This document shows, piece after piece, positions 47,794-60,602 of a stretch of 64,000 nt of DNA; positions within the stretch are counted from its first letter, which is position 1, and each line of letters opens with the position of its first letter. The stretch is from contig JADGAV010000003.1 in assembly GCA_015231825.1 (NCBI GenBank), positions 178,954-242,953 of the forward strand, given 5' to 3'. The notes under the pieces were generated by a model. That model did not search any database and had not been told where the DNA came from. It was given only the letters and a program-made list of their open reading frames with translations. Position numbers and translations under genes: made by a program. The stretch is from SAR324 cluster bacterium (lineage in GTDB: Bacteria > SAR324 > NAC60-12).

Positions 47794-48708
47794 ATGGCCG
47801 TTGCAAGCTACAAAAATCATAAAACATTTTGGCATCGTAATCGGATAGCAATAACTCCCTGGCTGTTTCTATTACCCGGGCTTTTCATGTTTCTGATCTA
47901 TGTGATTTTGCCAATTTTTCAAAGCATTTGGATATCTTTTTATGAATGGGATGGTCTCAGTCCCAAAAACTATGTGGGATTTGAGAATTATCTGGAACTG
48001 ATCGACGATGAGAATTTTTATACATCTTTAAAAAACAACATCATCTGGCTCATTCTTTATATGCTGGCCGTGCCAGTGGGTCTTTTTATCGCTTTGTTTC
48101 TCAACCAGACAGTCACCGGGATCCGAATCTACAAGTCTTTGTTTTTCTTTCCGTTTGTCCTGTCACAGATTGTAGTCGGCCTGGTTTTTACCTGGTTTTA
48201 CAATCCGGCAAATGGAATATTTGCGATCATTCTCGGCTTTTTCGGTGTGGAAGCGCCATCGATATTAGGCAACGAAGATTATGTCACTTATGGGATTATC
48301 GCCGCCGGCCTCTGGCCTCAAATCGCTTATTGCATGATCTTGTTTTTAACCGGTTTAAACAATGTGTCGCCAGATCAGGTGGAGGCAGGGCGTCTCGACA
48401 ATGCCAAAGGATGGAAGATGCTCTGGTACATCATATTGCCGCAGCTCCGACCGGCCACCTTTATTGCCATTGTTGTGACAGTCATCGGCGCACTTCGCTC
48501 ATTTGACCTGATCTCGATCATGACCCAGGGGGGGCCCTATGGTTCCAGCCGTGTGCTCGCCTATTACATGTATGAAACGGCATTGTCTGAATACGGGTAC
48601 CGGATGGGATATGGAGCGACCATCGCAACCATCCTCTTTTTGATCATGATGGTGTATATTACTTTTTTTCTCTGGAGAATGTACCAACAAGAAAAAGAAG
48701 GAGCTTGA
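47794..48708 (+). CDS. Carbohydrate ABC transporter permease
   Basis: PWLFLLPG, YVGFENY, EAA loop EAGRLDNA...IILPQLRP and GGPYGSS. Likely start is ATG 47794. Confidence 0.92.
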   Translation: MAVASYKNHKTFWHRNRIAITPWLFLLPGLFMFLIYVILPIFQSIWISFYEWDGLSPKNYVGFENYLELIDDENFYTSLKNNIIWLILYMLAVPVGLFIALFLNQTVTGIRIYKSLFFFPFVLSQIVVGLVFTWFYNPANGIFAIILGFFGVEAPSILGNEDYVTYGIIAAGLWPQIAYCMILFLTGLNNVSPDQVEAGRLDNAKGWKMLWYIILPQLRPATFIAIVVTVIGALRSFDLISIMTQGGPYGSSRVLAYYMYETALSEYGYRMGYGATIATILFLIMMVYITFFLWRMYQQEKEGA

Positions 48709-48712
48709 GCAG

Positions 48713-49564
48713 ATGTTCCCAAAACCCATCGAAAAGTCTTCTGAAGCATTGCAGCGGACTTATAAAGCAATTCTTCCAATTGCCTTGTTTATTTGGCTGT
48801 TGCCGCTCCTGGCGGTCATGTTGACTTCCATCCGATCAGCAGGAGATATCAATGCGGGCAACTATTGGGGGTGGCCCACCGAATTCAATCTGATAAACAA
48901 CTACACCGACATTTTTTTGAACTCCAAAATCGGTCTATATATCTTAAATTCCTTCAAAGTGACCATACCCACTGTTCTGCTCACTTTGACAATTTCATGT
49001 TTGACTGGTTATGCCCTGGCAATTTATCGTTTTCGGGTCAATATGTTCCTATTCTTCGTGTTTATTGCGGGAAACTTTGTCCCTTTTCAAATCCTGATGG
49101 TCCCGGTCCGGGATCTTTCCCTGCAGTTGGGACTCTACGATACCACCACGGGTTTGGTATTGTTTCACTCTGCATTTCAGACAGGGTTTTGCACTTTATT
49201 TATGCGGAACTTTATGAAGGCTTTGCCTTTTGAACTGATTGAATCCGCCCGAATAGACGGAATCAGCGAATTTAAAATATTCCGATACATTGTACTCCCT
49301 TTGGTGCGCCCTGCCCTGGCCGCACTGGCCGTATTGATTTTTACTTTCATCTGGAACGATTACTTCTGGGCCACTGTGCTGGTTCAAGGAGACCATGCCT
49401 TACCGGTTACAGCAGGATTACAGTCTCTCAACGGGCAATGGATTTCGCAATGGCAACTCGTTTCCGCCGGCTCAATAATCGCAGCATTTCCACCAGTGAT
49501 TTTGTTTTTCCTGCTGCAGAGACACTTTATTGCCGGTCTCACCCTGGGGGCAACCAAAGGTTAA
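48713..49564 (+). CDS. Carbohydrate ABC transporter permease
   Basis: ELIESARIDG, FIWNDYFW and QRHFIAGLTLGATKG. Confidence 0.93.
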   Translation: MFPKPIEKSSEALQRTYKAILPIALFIWLLPLLAVMLTSIRSAGDINAGNYWGWPTEFNLINNYTDIFLNSKIGLYILNSFKVTIPTVLLTLTISCLTGYALAIYRFRVNMFLFFVFIAGNFVPFQILMVPVRDLSLQLGLYDTTTGLVLFHSAFQTGFCTLFMRNFMKALPFELIESARIDGISEFKIFRYIVLPLVRPALAALAVLIFTFIWNDYFWATVLVQGDHALPVTAGLQSLNGQWISQWQLVSAGSIIAAFPPVILFFLLQRHFIAGLTLGATKG

Positions 49565-49613
49565 ACAATGAGGACAATCCTTAGAAAATAAACAGAACAA
49601 GAAGGAACAAGTT

Positions 49614-53806
<4,193 letters not shown>

Positions 53807-53950
53807 GTCAGTCACTCGAAAAACCCGAATTCACCTTACATTATTTCAGCCTTTCGCCGAAATTTCCGCAAAAAATTATTCTTGACAAGCTGAGAAAAAG
53901 AGTCATAGTTCAAATCATTTTTCAATAATCGATTCAATCAAGGATTTCTG

Positions 53951-54838
53951 ATGTCAATCAATAGCGCTAAGCTATTGCGGTCACTGCTGTTCGTACCTGC
54001 CAACAATAGAAAACTTTTGGAAAGCGCGACCCGGAGAGCAGTCGACGCAATTCAGCTTGATTTGGAAGACGCCATTGCCATAGCTGAGAAAGACGCCGCC
54101 CGTCAATCGGCAGTAGCTGCTATCGGGTGGCTGCAGGGACGCTGCCCCTACGTAGTCGTGCGAATCAATTTTCCCCTAAGATTGGCAATAAGGGATCTGG
54201 AAGCCGTTGTCCTACCCGGCTTAAACGCTGTGACTGTTCCGATGGTCCCCAACGCATCCTTTCTCAAACTGCTCGATCAGACCATCCTGGAACTGGAAAT
54301 GGAGCGGGGACTGGATCCTGAATCGATTGCTTTGATTGCCTTGATTGAAACAGCGGAAGGTCTGGCAAACATCAATGAAATCGCAATGGCAACTCCTCGG
54401 CTGACCGCATTGACCATCGGCTCTGAAGATCTGGCGGCATCGCTGGGTTCACAAGCAGTTCCGGATGCCTTGTACACGCCAAACATGATGGCTTTGGCGG
54501 CGGCCCGTCGAGCAGGGATTATTCCGTTGGGCTTTGTCGGGTCCATCGCCCTTTACGATGATCTGGAAACCTACCGTGAATGGATCGGTCGGGCGGCCAT
54601 GCTTGGTTTTGAAGGAGCGTTCTGCATCCACCCCAGTCAGGTGAAGCTGTGCAATGAGATATTCCAGCCATCCGCCAATGAAATCAACAAAGCCAAACAA
54701 CTGGTGGAGGCCTTTGAAATACATGCTGCTCAGGGTCTGGGAGTGTTTGCAATGGATGGGAAAATGGTTGACGCCCCCGTTGTAGAACGCGCCAGGACGG
54801 TGTTGGCAAAAGCAAACTTGATCGGTTCTCGTCAATGA
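53951..54838 (+). CDS. CitE-like CoA-ester lyase (HpcH/HpaI aldolase/citrate lyase family)
   Basis: RSLLFVPAN, LDLEDAI, VRIN, LIETAEG, GSEDL, CIHPSQV and DGKMVDAPVV. Confidence 0.92.
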   Translation: MSINSAKLLRSLLFVPANNRKLLESATRRAVDAIQLDLEDAIAIAEKDAARQSAVAAIGWLQGRCPYVVVRINFPLRLAIRDLEAVVLPGLNAVTVPMVPNASFLKLLDQTILELEMERGLDPESIALIALIETAEGLANINEIAMATPRLTALTIGSEDLAASLGSQAVPDALYTPNMMALAAARRAGIIPLGFVGSIALYDDLETYREWIGRAAMLGFEGAFCIHPSQVKLCNEIFQPSANEINKAKQLVEAFEIHAAQGLGVFAMDGKMVDAPVVERARTVLAKANLIGSRQ

Positions 54839-55116
54839 GAAGAGAAAATTCTCCGCAGTCTCAATTCTTTTGATGCGATTCCACCGTTTACAAAAGTTTG
54901 ATAATATCTATAAATCTGCCCCTTTGTATTTGAATCTCAGGCTTATGGATATTATGTCATCTTTACAACCGTTCTTGTTTTTCGAACCTGCAAAGAATTC
55001 AAAAGGCGGGAAGAGGACACAAGCAACCGACAATTGAAAGTGGAATGGTGATTTTGGTTCTGAAAAAAGATTCCTAGTCAGAAGCAGTCCGGGCAAAAGC
55101 TTGCCCTCTTGATTTC

Positions 55117-56094
55117 CTATTTTTCCTTATCCGCTGCATTCGAATTGCCGGTGCTCTGATAGGCATTGCGAAGCGAGAAAGCAATGTCATCAATTGCAAT
55201 CCGAGTCCGATCAAAAATCCCCAGCATCCCTAAAAATCCGTGCGTCATTCCCGGGTAAAATTTGCTGCTAACCGAGACTCCTGCCTTCTTAAGCTTGTCA
55301 GCATAGGCTTGTCCCTCATCTCTTAAAACATCAAACTCTGCGATCGTAACATGAGCGGCAGGCAGGCCCGCCAAATCCTCGCCGAGCAAGGGAGAGGCAA
55401 GAGAATTGAATCCATCCTTGGGATTCTTCAAATATTGCTCGGAATACCACTGCATTTGCTTTTTAGTCAACCCATATCCGTCTGCAAGTTCCTCGTAGGA
55501 AGCGGTATCGAAATTGGAAATATCGGTGATGGGATAGTTGAGCAGCTGAAACTTCAAACTGGGATCGCCTTCACGCTTGGCAAATAAAGCAAGGCTGGCG
55601 GCCAAATTACCGCCGGCACTGTCTCCTCCCACAGCAATCCAATCCGGATTTCCTTTTATGCTCTTTCCATTGCTGAGCAGCCACTGCAGGACCTCGTATC
55701 CTTCATGGAGAGCCTTGGGAAATTTTGTTTCGGGAGACAGCGGATAATCGACAGAAACAACAACAAAACCGCTGCTGTTGGCCAATGCCCGGCAGAGTGG
55801 GTCATGAGTATCGAGACTTCCTGCCACCCAGCCTCCTCCATGAAAATACAAAAGTAGAGGAGCAAGGGAATCAAGGACAGGCTGGTAGACGCGGACCAGG
55901 ATGTCCTTGCTGTTGATCGGGACTTTAAGATTTTGAATTTGCTGGACATCTTCTCGAATAACAGGCCTTTCCAGGCTTTTCCTGTTGGCCGATTCTCGAA
56001 CCTCCTGAGCTGTCATTTCGGTAAAGGACGGTTGCCCTTGCAAAGACATTTCATGCAGCCATTGGGCTGCCTGGGTATCTAATTTACTGTTCAT
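55117..56094 (-). CDS. Alpha/beta hydrolase, hormone-sensitive-lipase-type esterase
   Basis: HGGGW, GDSAGG, DVLRDEG and HGF catalytic triad motifs. Start moved to ATG 56094. Confidence 0.93.
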   Translation of the reverse strand: MNSKLDTQAAQWLHEMSLQGQPSFTEMTAQEVRESANRKSLERPVIREDVQQIQNLKVPINSKDILVRVYQPVLDSLAPLLLYFHGGGWVAGSLDTHDPLCRALANSSGFVVVSVDYPLSPETKFPKALHEGYEVLQWLLSNGKSIKGNPDWIAVGGDSAGGNLAASLALFAKREGDPSLKFQLLNYPITDISNFDTASYEELADGYGLTKKQMQWYSEQYLKNPKDGFNSLASPLLGEDLAGLPAAHVTIAEFDVLRDEGQAYADKLKKAGVSVSSKFYPGMTHGFLGMLGIFDRTRIAIDDIAFSLRNAYQSTGNSNAADKEK

Positions 56095-56298
56095 ATTTCG
56101 TAACCCTTTAAAATTCAAACAGGGAATGACAATCTGAGACTAAAATAGTTCACGTAAAATTGCATATTCCCGGGAAACCTGCCATAAAAATTTTTTCCTG
56201 GCTCTATCTGCATGGCAAAGTACTGCTTCGTAAATTGAAAAAATGCAAAAATCTCAACTGAAATAATTGAATCTCTCCAGCATAAAGGCAGTAAAACT

Positions 56299-57087
56299 AT
56301 GAATACAAATGACACTTTTCTAGAAATTCTGAGACAATCCCGGACTGAAATAAAACCTGCTATTTTTTCCAAATTAGATGATGCTCCGCCGGATTTAAAC
56401 GCCGCCTATGACGCTCAGGACCGACTCCATAAGCTGCTCACCCACGAATTGGGAAATCTTGCCGGATACAAAATCGGCTGCACAACCCCCGTGATGCAGG
56501 AATACTTGAAAATCAAGCATCCCTGTGCTGGTGCGGTGTTCGAAAAAACTGTTTACAGGGAACCAGCGGCGCTTTCCTTTGCCTCCTTTATCAAACCCGG
56601 AGTCGAATGCGAAATTGCAGTTCACATTTCAGAGGATATGCCTCATGGAGAGACCGAAATGCCAGAAGAGGCAATTTTAAAATATATACACGCCTGCTCC
56701 GCCTCAATTGAAATCGTGGATGCCCGCATGCCGGATTTTTCTTCATTATCCACTCCGATTCTGGTTGCTGACGATTTCTTTAATGCGGGTGTCGTCTTGG
56801 GAGCACCGGTAACGGAATGGAAATCAATCGATTTGGCATCAATTGTTGGGACACTCTCTGTCAACGGGATAAAATCAGGAGAGGGTTTGGGATCGTTTAT
56901 TTTGGGGCACCCGATCAAAGCACTTTCCTGGCTCATCAAACATTTAAACGAGCGTGGAACGAGTTTGAAAGCAGGGGAATTCGTCACCTTGGGGAGTGTT
57001 GTTCAAACGGAGTGGATTTCTGAACCCCAAACTGAAGTTACGATTGAGTTTGAAGGTTTAGGACGCGCTTCTGTCCAATTTGTCTAA
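56299..57087 (+). CDS. Fumarylacetoacetate-hydrolase-family hydratase/decarboxylase (2-keto-4-pentenoate hydratase-like)
   Basis: AYDAQ, GYKIGCT, VECEIA, IEIVDAR, VADD, LGHPIKALSWL and AGEFVTLGS. Confidence 0.9.
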   Translation: MNTNDTFLEILRQSRTEIKPAIFSKLDDAPPDLNAAYDAQDRLHKLLTHELGNLAGYKIGCTTPVMQEYLKIKHPCAGAVFEKTVYREPAALSFASFIKPGVECEIAVHISEDMPHGETEMPEEAILKYIHACSASIEIVDARMPDFSSLSTPILVADDFFNAGVVLGAPVTEWKSIDLASIVGTLSVNGIKSGEGLGSFILGHPIKALSWLIKHLNERGTSLKAGEFVTLGSVVQTEWISEPQTEVTIEFEGLGRASVQFV

Positions 57088-57118
57088 TCGTTCACCAATA
57101 AAAAAAATGCATTATCAC

Positions 57119-57147
57119 TTGACAGATCTATGTTTTATTTATAATTT
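57119..57147 (+). promoter_or_regulatory. Probable sigma70 promoter of the dehydratase-ABC-lactonase operon
   Basis: TTGACA at 57119-57124 and TATAAT at 57140-57145 in a very AT-rich spacer. The 15-nt spacing is suboptimal. Confidence 0.4.
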
Positions 57148-57204
57148 TAATTATCATACAATTTAAATAATATTTTCTTTTTATAATTCAATTAATAATA
57201 TTTA

Positions 57205-58377
57205 ATGAAAATTACAAATATCAGGACACTCGTTGTAAATGCCGAAATGCGGAATTGGGTATTTGTAAAAGTGGAAACAAATACTCCCGGGTTACATGGA
57301 TGGGGAGAAGCAACATTAGAGTGGAAAACAAAGGGAGTTGTTGGGACAATTGAAGACTTGACCCCATTTTTGATTGGAAAAGATCCCAGAGACATAGAAC
57401 AGCTTGTCAGAGTGATGCACAAGCACGGATTTTGGAAAATGGGCGTGATTGGGAGCAGCGCCATCAGCGGGATTGAGATTGCGCTTTGGGATATTCTGGG
57501 AAAAAGTTTGAATACTCCGGTCTGGAGACTGCTTGGTGGAAAAACTCATGACAAAATAAAAATTTACACGCACCTTGGTATGGGGGAAATGAGTGCTGTA
57601 TACGAGACTTCTGAAACGGCATATTTGGTAGAAAAAGCACAGCAAGTGTTAGAAAAAGGATACAGGGCTTTAAAAATAGTTTGTATTCCCTACGGTCATT
57701 TCCTCGCCACGATTGAAGCAATCGACCATGTTTCAAAGCTAATGCAAGATTTACGAGAATCGGTCGGTGCAGGCGTAGAGATCATGGTGGACTTTCACGG
57801 GCGTTGTCCCTCAAGCAGCGCTGCAGTGCAATTCATCAAAGCACTTGAACCCTTTAATCCTCTATTTGTAGAAGAGCCAATCCCCCCGGGCGATTCACTG
57901 TCGATGAAAGCAATATTTGACAAAATTTCGTGTCCTTTAGCGACCGGAGAACGCCTGGTTTCCCTTCAAGAATTCGAACCTCTGTTTCAGATGCGAGCCA
58001 TTAACATTGCACAGCCGGACCTATGCCACTGTGGCGGTTTCAGCGGAGCGAAAAAAATTGCTCAGATGGCCGAAATTGCAGGGATTGGAATTGCCCCTCA
58101 TAATCCATTGGGTCCTCTTGCAGGCGCTGCCGCCCTGCACTTTGATATTGCAACACCGAATTTTGTAATTCAAGAGGAGATGACCGGAGTAGTTCCCTGG
58201 TATCATGATGTAGTCGAAGGGACTCCCATACTGGACGATGGATATTGGAAGCTTCCCCAAAATCCGGGTTTAGGTGTTGAAGTAAATGAAGAGGAAGCAA
58301 AAAAGCACCCATACAAGCAGGAAATTCTGCACACCACTAATGCCGTTCTTGACGATGGAACGATTGTCGACTGGTAA
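57205..58377 (+). CDS. dgoD: Mandelate racemase/enolase superfamily sugar-acid dehydratase (galactonate dehydratase-like)
   Basis: RNWVFVKVET...GWGEATLE, SGIEIALWDILGK, MVDFHGR, FVEEP, ATGERL, QPDLCHCGG, APHNPLGP and DGTIVDW. The substrate may not be galactonate. Confidence 0.8.
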   Translation: MKITNIRTLVVNAEMRNWVFVKVETNTPGLHGWGEATLEWKTKGVVGTIEDLTPFLIGKDPRDIEQLVRVMHKHGFWKMGVIGSSAISGIEIALWDILGKSLNTPVWRLLGGKTHDKIKIYTHLGMGEMSAVYETSETAYLVEKAQQVLEKGYRALKIVCIPYGHFLATIEAIDHVSKLMQDLRESVGAGVEIMVDFHGRCPSSSAAVQFIKALEPFNPLFVEEPIPPGDSLSMKAIFDKISCPLATGERLVSLQEFEPLFQMRAINIAQPDLCHCGGFSGAKKIAQMAEIAGIGIAPHNPLGPLAGAAALHFDIATPNFVIQEEMTGVVPWYHDVVEGTPILDDGYWKLPQNPGLGVEVNEEEAKKHPYKQEILHTTNAVLDDGTIVDW

Positions 58378-58390
58378 CGTTCAGGACTAG

Positions 58391-59356
58391 ATGAAGCCAA
58401 CAAAATCATTTTCAACGTTGCCAGAAAGTTTCAACCGAATCGGAGCTGTCTGGTTTGCTGTTGCAGGCCTGTATGCTTTAGCGAGTATTCATTCCCCCGC
58501 AATGTTTCAATACGGTCAGGTCTTGAATCTTCTCCAGGTCGCAGCATTTCTCGGTATTATTGCCATTGGACAAACTTTTGTATTATTGGTGGGAGGAATT
58601 GATTTATCCCAGGCCGGGGTGGTCACTTTGGTTAACATTCTTTCAACAAGCATCATGGTGGGAAAGGCGGAAAACATCGTCGAAGCCGTCATCCTTTGCC
58701 TTTTTGTTTCGCTCTTTGTCGGCTTCATCAATGGATTATTGATCACAATTTTCCGTGTCACCCCTTTGATTACAACGCTCAGCATGAATTCACTGGTATA
58801 CGGAAGCGCTCTTGTTTACACAGGGGGAATGCCTCATGGAAAAATTGCTCCGGCTTTTGAGTTTTTGGGACAAGGCCATTTTTTAGGAATTCCTGTGACT
58901 GGCATTGTATGGCTGACATTGGCCATCAGCATCGGATATGCGAGCCTTCATACCATTTATGGCAGATGGATTTATGCTGTCGGCGCCAACCCGCAGGCAG
59001 CCAGACTGATGGGCATTCCCGTCAATTCTGTTTTGATCTCTGCCTATATGATGAGTTCTCTGTTTGCCTGTCTCGGGGCACTGGTGCTCACATCCTACAT
59101 CGGTCTGCCGAGTTTAGGAATCGGAGACCAGTTCCTATTGACCTCCATTGCGGCAGTAGTGGTGGGGGGAACAGCCCTCACCGGAGGAGTGGGCAGTGTT
59201 TTTGGTACCATCGGAGGTACTTTGTTTATCACAATTTTGAGTAGTTATACCCGTTTGATTAATCAACCGATCGGCATTCAATTTATGCTGCAGGGATTGA
59301 TCATTGCCTTGAGTGTGCTGATGTACCGTCTGGTTCAAAAAAACAGACTGGGGTGA
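58391..59356 (+). CDS. Monosaccharide ABC transporter permease (RbsC-like)
   Basis: GQTFVLLVGGIDLS, GRWIYAVGANPQAARLMGI and IAAVVVGGTALTGGVG. Confidence 0.93.
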   Translation: MKPTKSFSTLPESFNRIGAVWFAVAGLYALASIHSPAMFQYGQVLNLLQVAAFLGIIAIGQTFVLLVGGIDLSQAGVVTLVNILSTSIMVGKAENIVEAVILCLFVSLFVGFINGLLITIFRVTPLITTLSMNSLVYGSALVYTGGMPHGKIAPAFEFLGQGHFLGIPVTGIVWLTLAISIGYASLHTIYGRWIYAVGANPQAARLMGIPVNSVLISAYMMSSLFACLGALVLTSYIGLPSLGIGDQFLLTSIAAVVVGGTALTGGVGSVFGTIGGTLFITILSSYTRLINQPIGIQFMLQGLIIALSVLMYRLVQKNRLG

Positions 59357-59397
59357 CGCATATTCCCTTTCAAAACAATAAAAATCTGGAGAATGTT

Positions 59398-60492
59398 ATG
59401 GAAAAAAAGATAAAGGTCATGTTTCGAAAATCAATCATGAGCAGTAGTTTGGTGATCGTGAGTATGTTTGCCCTGCTCGCTTTCGGAAATGCCTATGCAA
59501 AAGGAATCAGAACAGCTGCCATAACCGGAGCAGGCAAAGAGGTATCAGTGCCGGCAAAGAAAGGCCCATTTCGAATAGGATTTTCCAATGGATTTTCCGG
59601 AAATAGCTGGCGTGCCATGGCACTGGATGCCCTGAGAAATGCGGCAAAAAACAATCCTGATGTTTCTGAATTGATCGTTGTTGATGGTCAGGGAGATGTC
59701 ACAAAACAAGTTGGAGATATCGAAAATTTAATGGCTCAGAACGTTGATGCGATCATGGTCATCCCAAACTCAGGAACAGCCGTGGCTCCCGTATTGAGAA
59801 AAGCCATGCGAGCAGGAATTGTGACCGTTCCTTTCAATCTCCCTGTGGAAGGGGGTCAGTACCATGCATTTATTGGAACAGACCCCTCAAAAAAAGGGTA
59901 TGCCACTGGAAAAAGACTGGCAGTTGAACTTCCCGACAATGCCAAAATTCTTGCTTTTGACGGGATTCCGGGCAACTCCTACACGGCAGCCGGATGGAAA
60001 GGCGCCCAGCAGGCGTTTAAAGAAAGTGGGAAAAATATTGAAATCCTGGCCTTTGAACCCTGCAACTGGCAAGAAGACAAAGCGAAAGTAATCATGGCAG
60101 ATATGATTGCTGCGCATCCAAAAATTGATGGAGTCTGGTCAGATGGAGGACAATGTGCTGCCGGTGCAATGAAAGCGCTCATTGCAGCAAACCGCCCCCT
60201 CATTCCTGTTACAGGAGACGATTACAACGGTATTCTCAAACTGTATGACAAATACCACGCACAACACTCGAATTTTAGTATCTCTCTGATTTCCGAACCA
60301 ACCTGGCAAAGTGTTGTTGCCATGGAAATTGCCGTTTCTCTCCTCAAGGGGGAGTCGATGAAAGCCCAACAAATCATCCAGCCCAAACTGATCACTTCCG
60401 AAAACTATAAAGAGCTCATGCGGCCTGAGCTTCCTGATGGTGTTTTCACTGATACGAATTTATCGGATGAAGCCCTGCGTAAACTCTTTTAG
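59398..60492 (+). CDS. Monosaccharide ABC transporter substrate-binding protein (type I PBP)
   Basis: Signal peptide, RIGFSNGFSGNSWR, QVGDIENLMAQNVDAI and IDGVWSDGG. Likely start is ATG 59398. Confidence 0.9.
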   Translation: MEKKIKVMFRKSIMSSSLVIVSMFALLAFGNAYAKGIRTAAITGAGKEVSVPAKKGPFRIGFSNGFSGNSWRAMALDALRNAAKNNPDVSELIVVDGQGDVTKQVGDIENLMAQNVDAIMVIPNSGTAVAPVLRKAMRAGIVTVPFNLPVEGGQYHAFIGTDPSKKGYATGKRLAVELPDNAKILAFDGIPGNSYTAAGWKGAQQAFKESGKNIEILAFEPCNWQEDKAKVIMADMIAAHPKIDGVWSDGGQCAAGAMKALIAANRPLIPVTGDDYNGILKLYDKYHAQHSNFSISLISEPTWQSVVAMEIAVSLLKGESMKAQQIIQPKLITSENYKELMRPELPDGVFTDTNLSDEALRKLF

Positions 60493-60502
60493 ACGAATCC
60501 TC

Positions 60503-60562
60503 CTTCCCTTCTTCAAACAAGAAGAGGGGAATACCTCTCTCCTTCACAAAAGGAGAGAGGTA
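60503..60562 (+). other. Tandem intercistronic hairpins after the binding-protein gene (probable mRNA stabiliser/attenuator)
   Basis: Perfect 13-bp stem TACCTCTCTCCTT (60532-60544) / AAGGAGAGAGGTA (60550-60562), preceded by an imperfect CCCTTCTT / AAGAAGAGGG stem. No U-tract. Confidence 0.7.
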
Positions 60563-60602
60563 CCAACACTCAATCGATTGTGGCACAAAACTCTACTAAT
60601 TT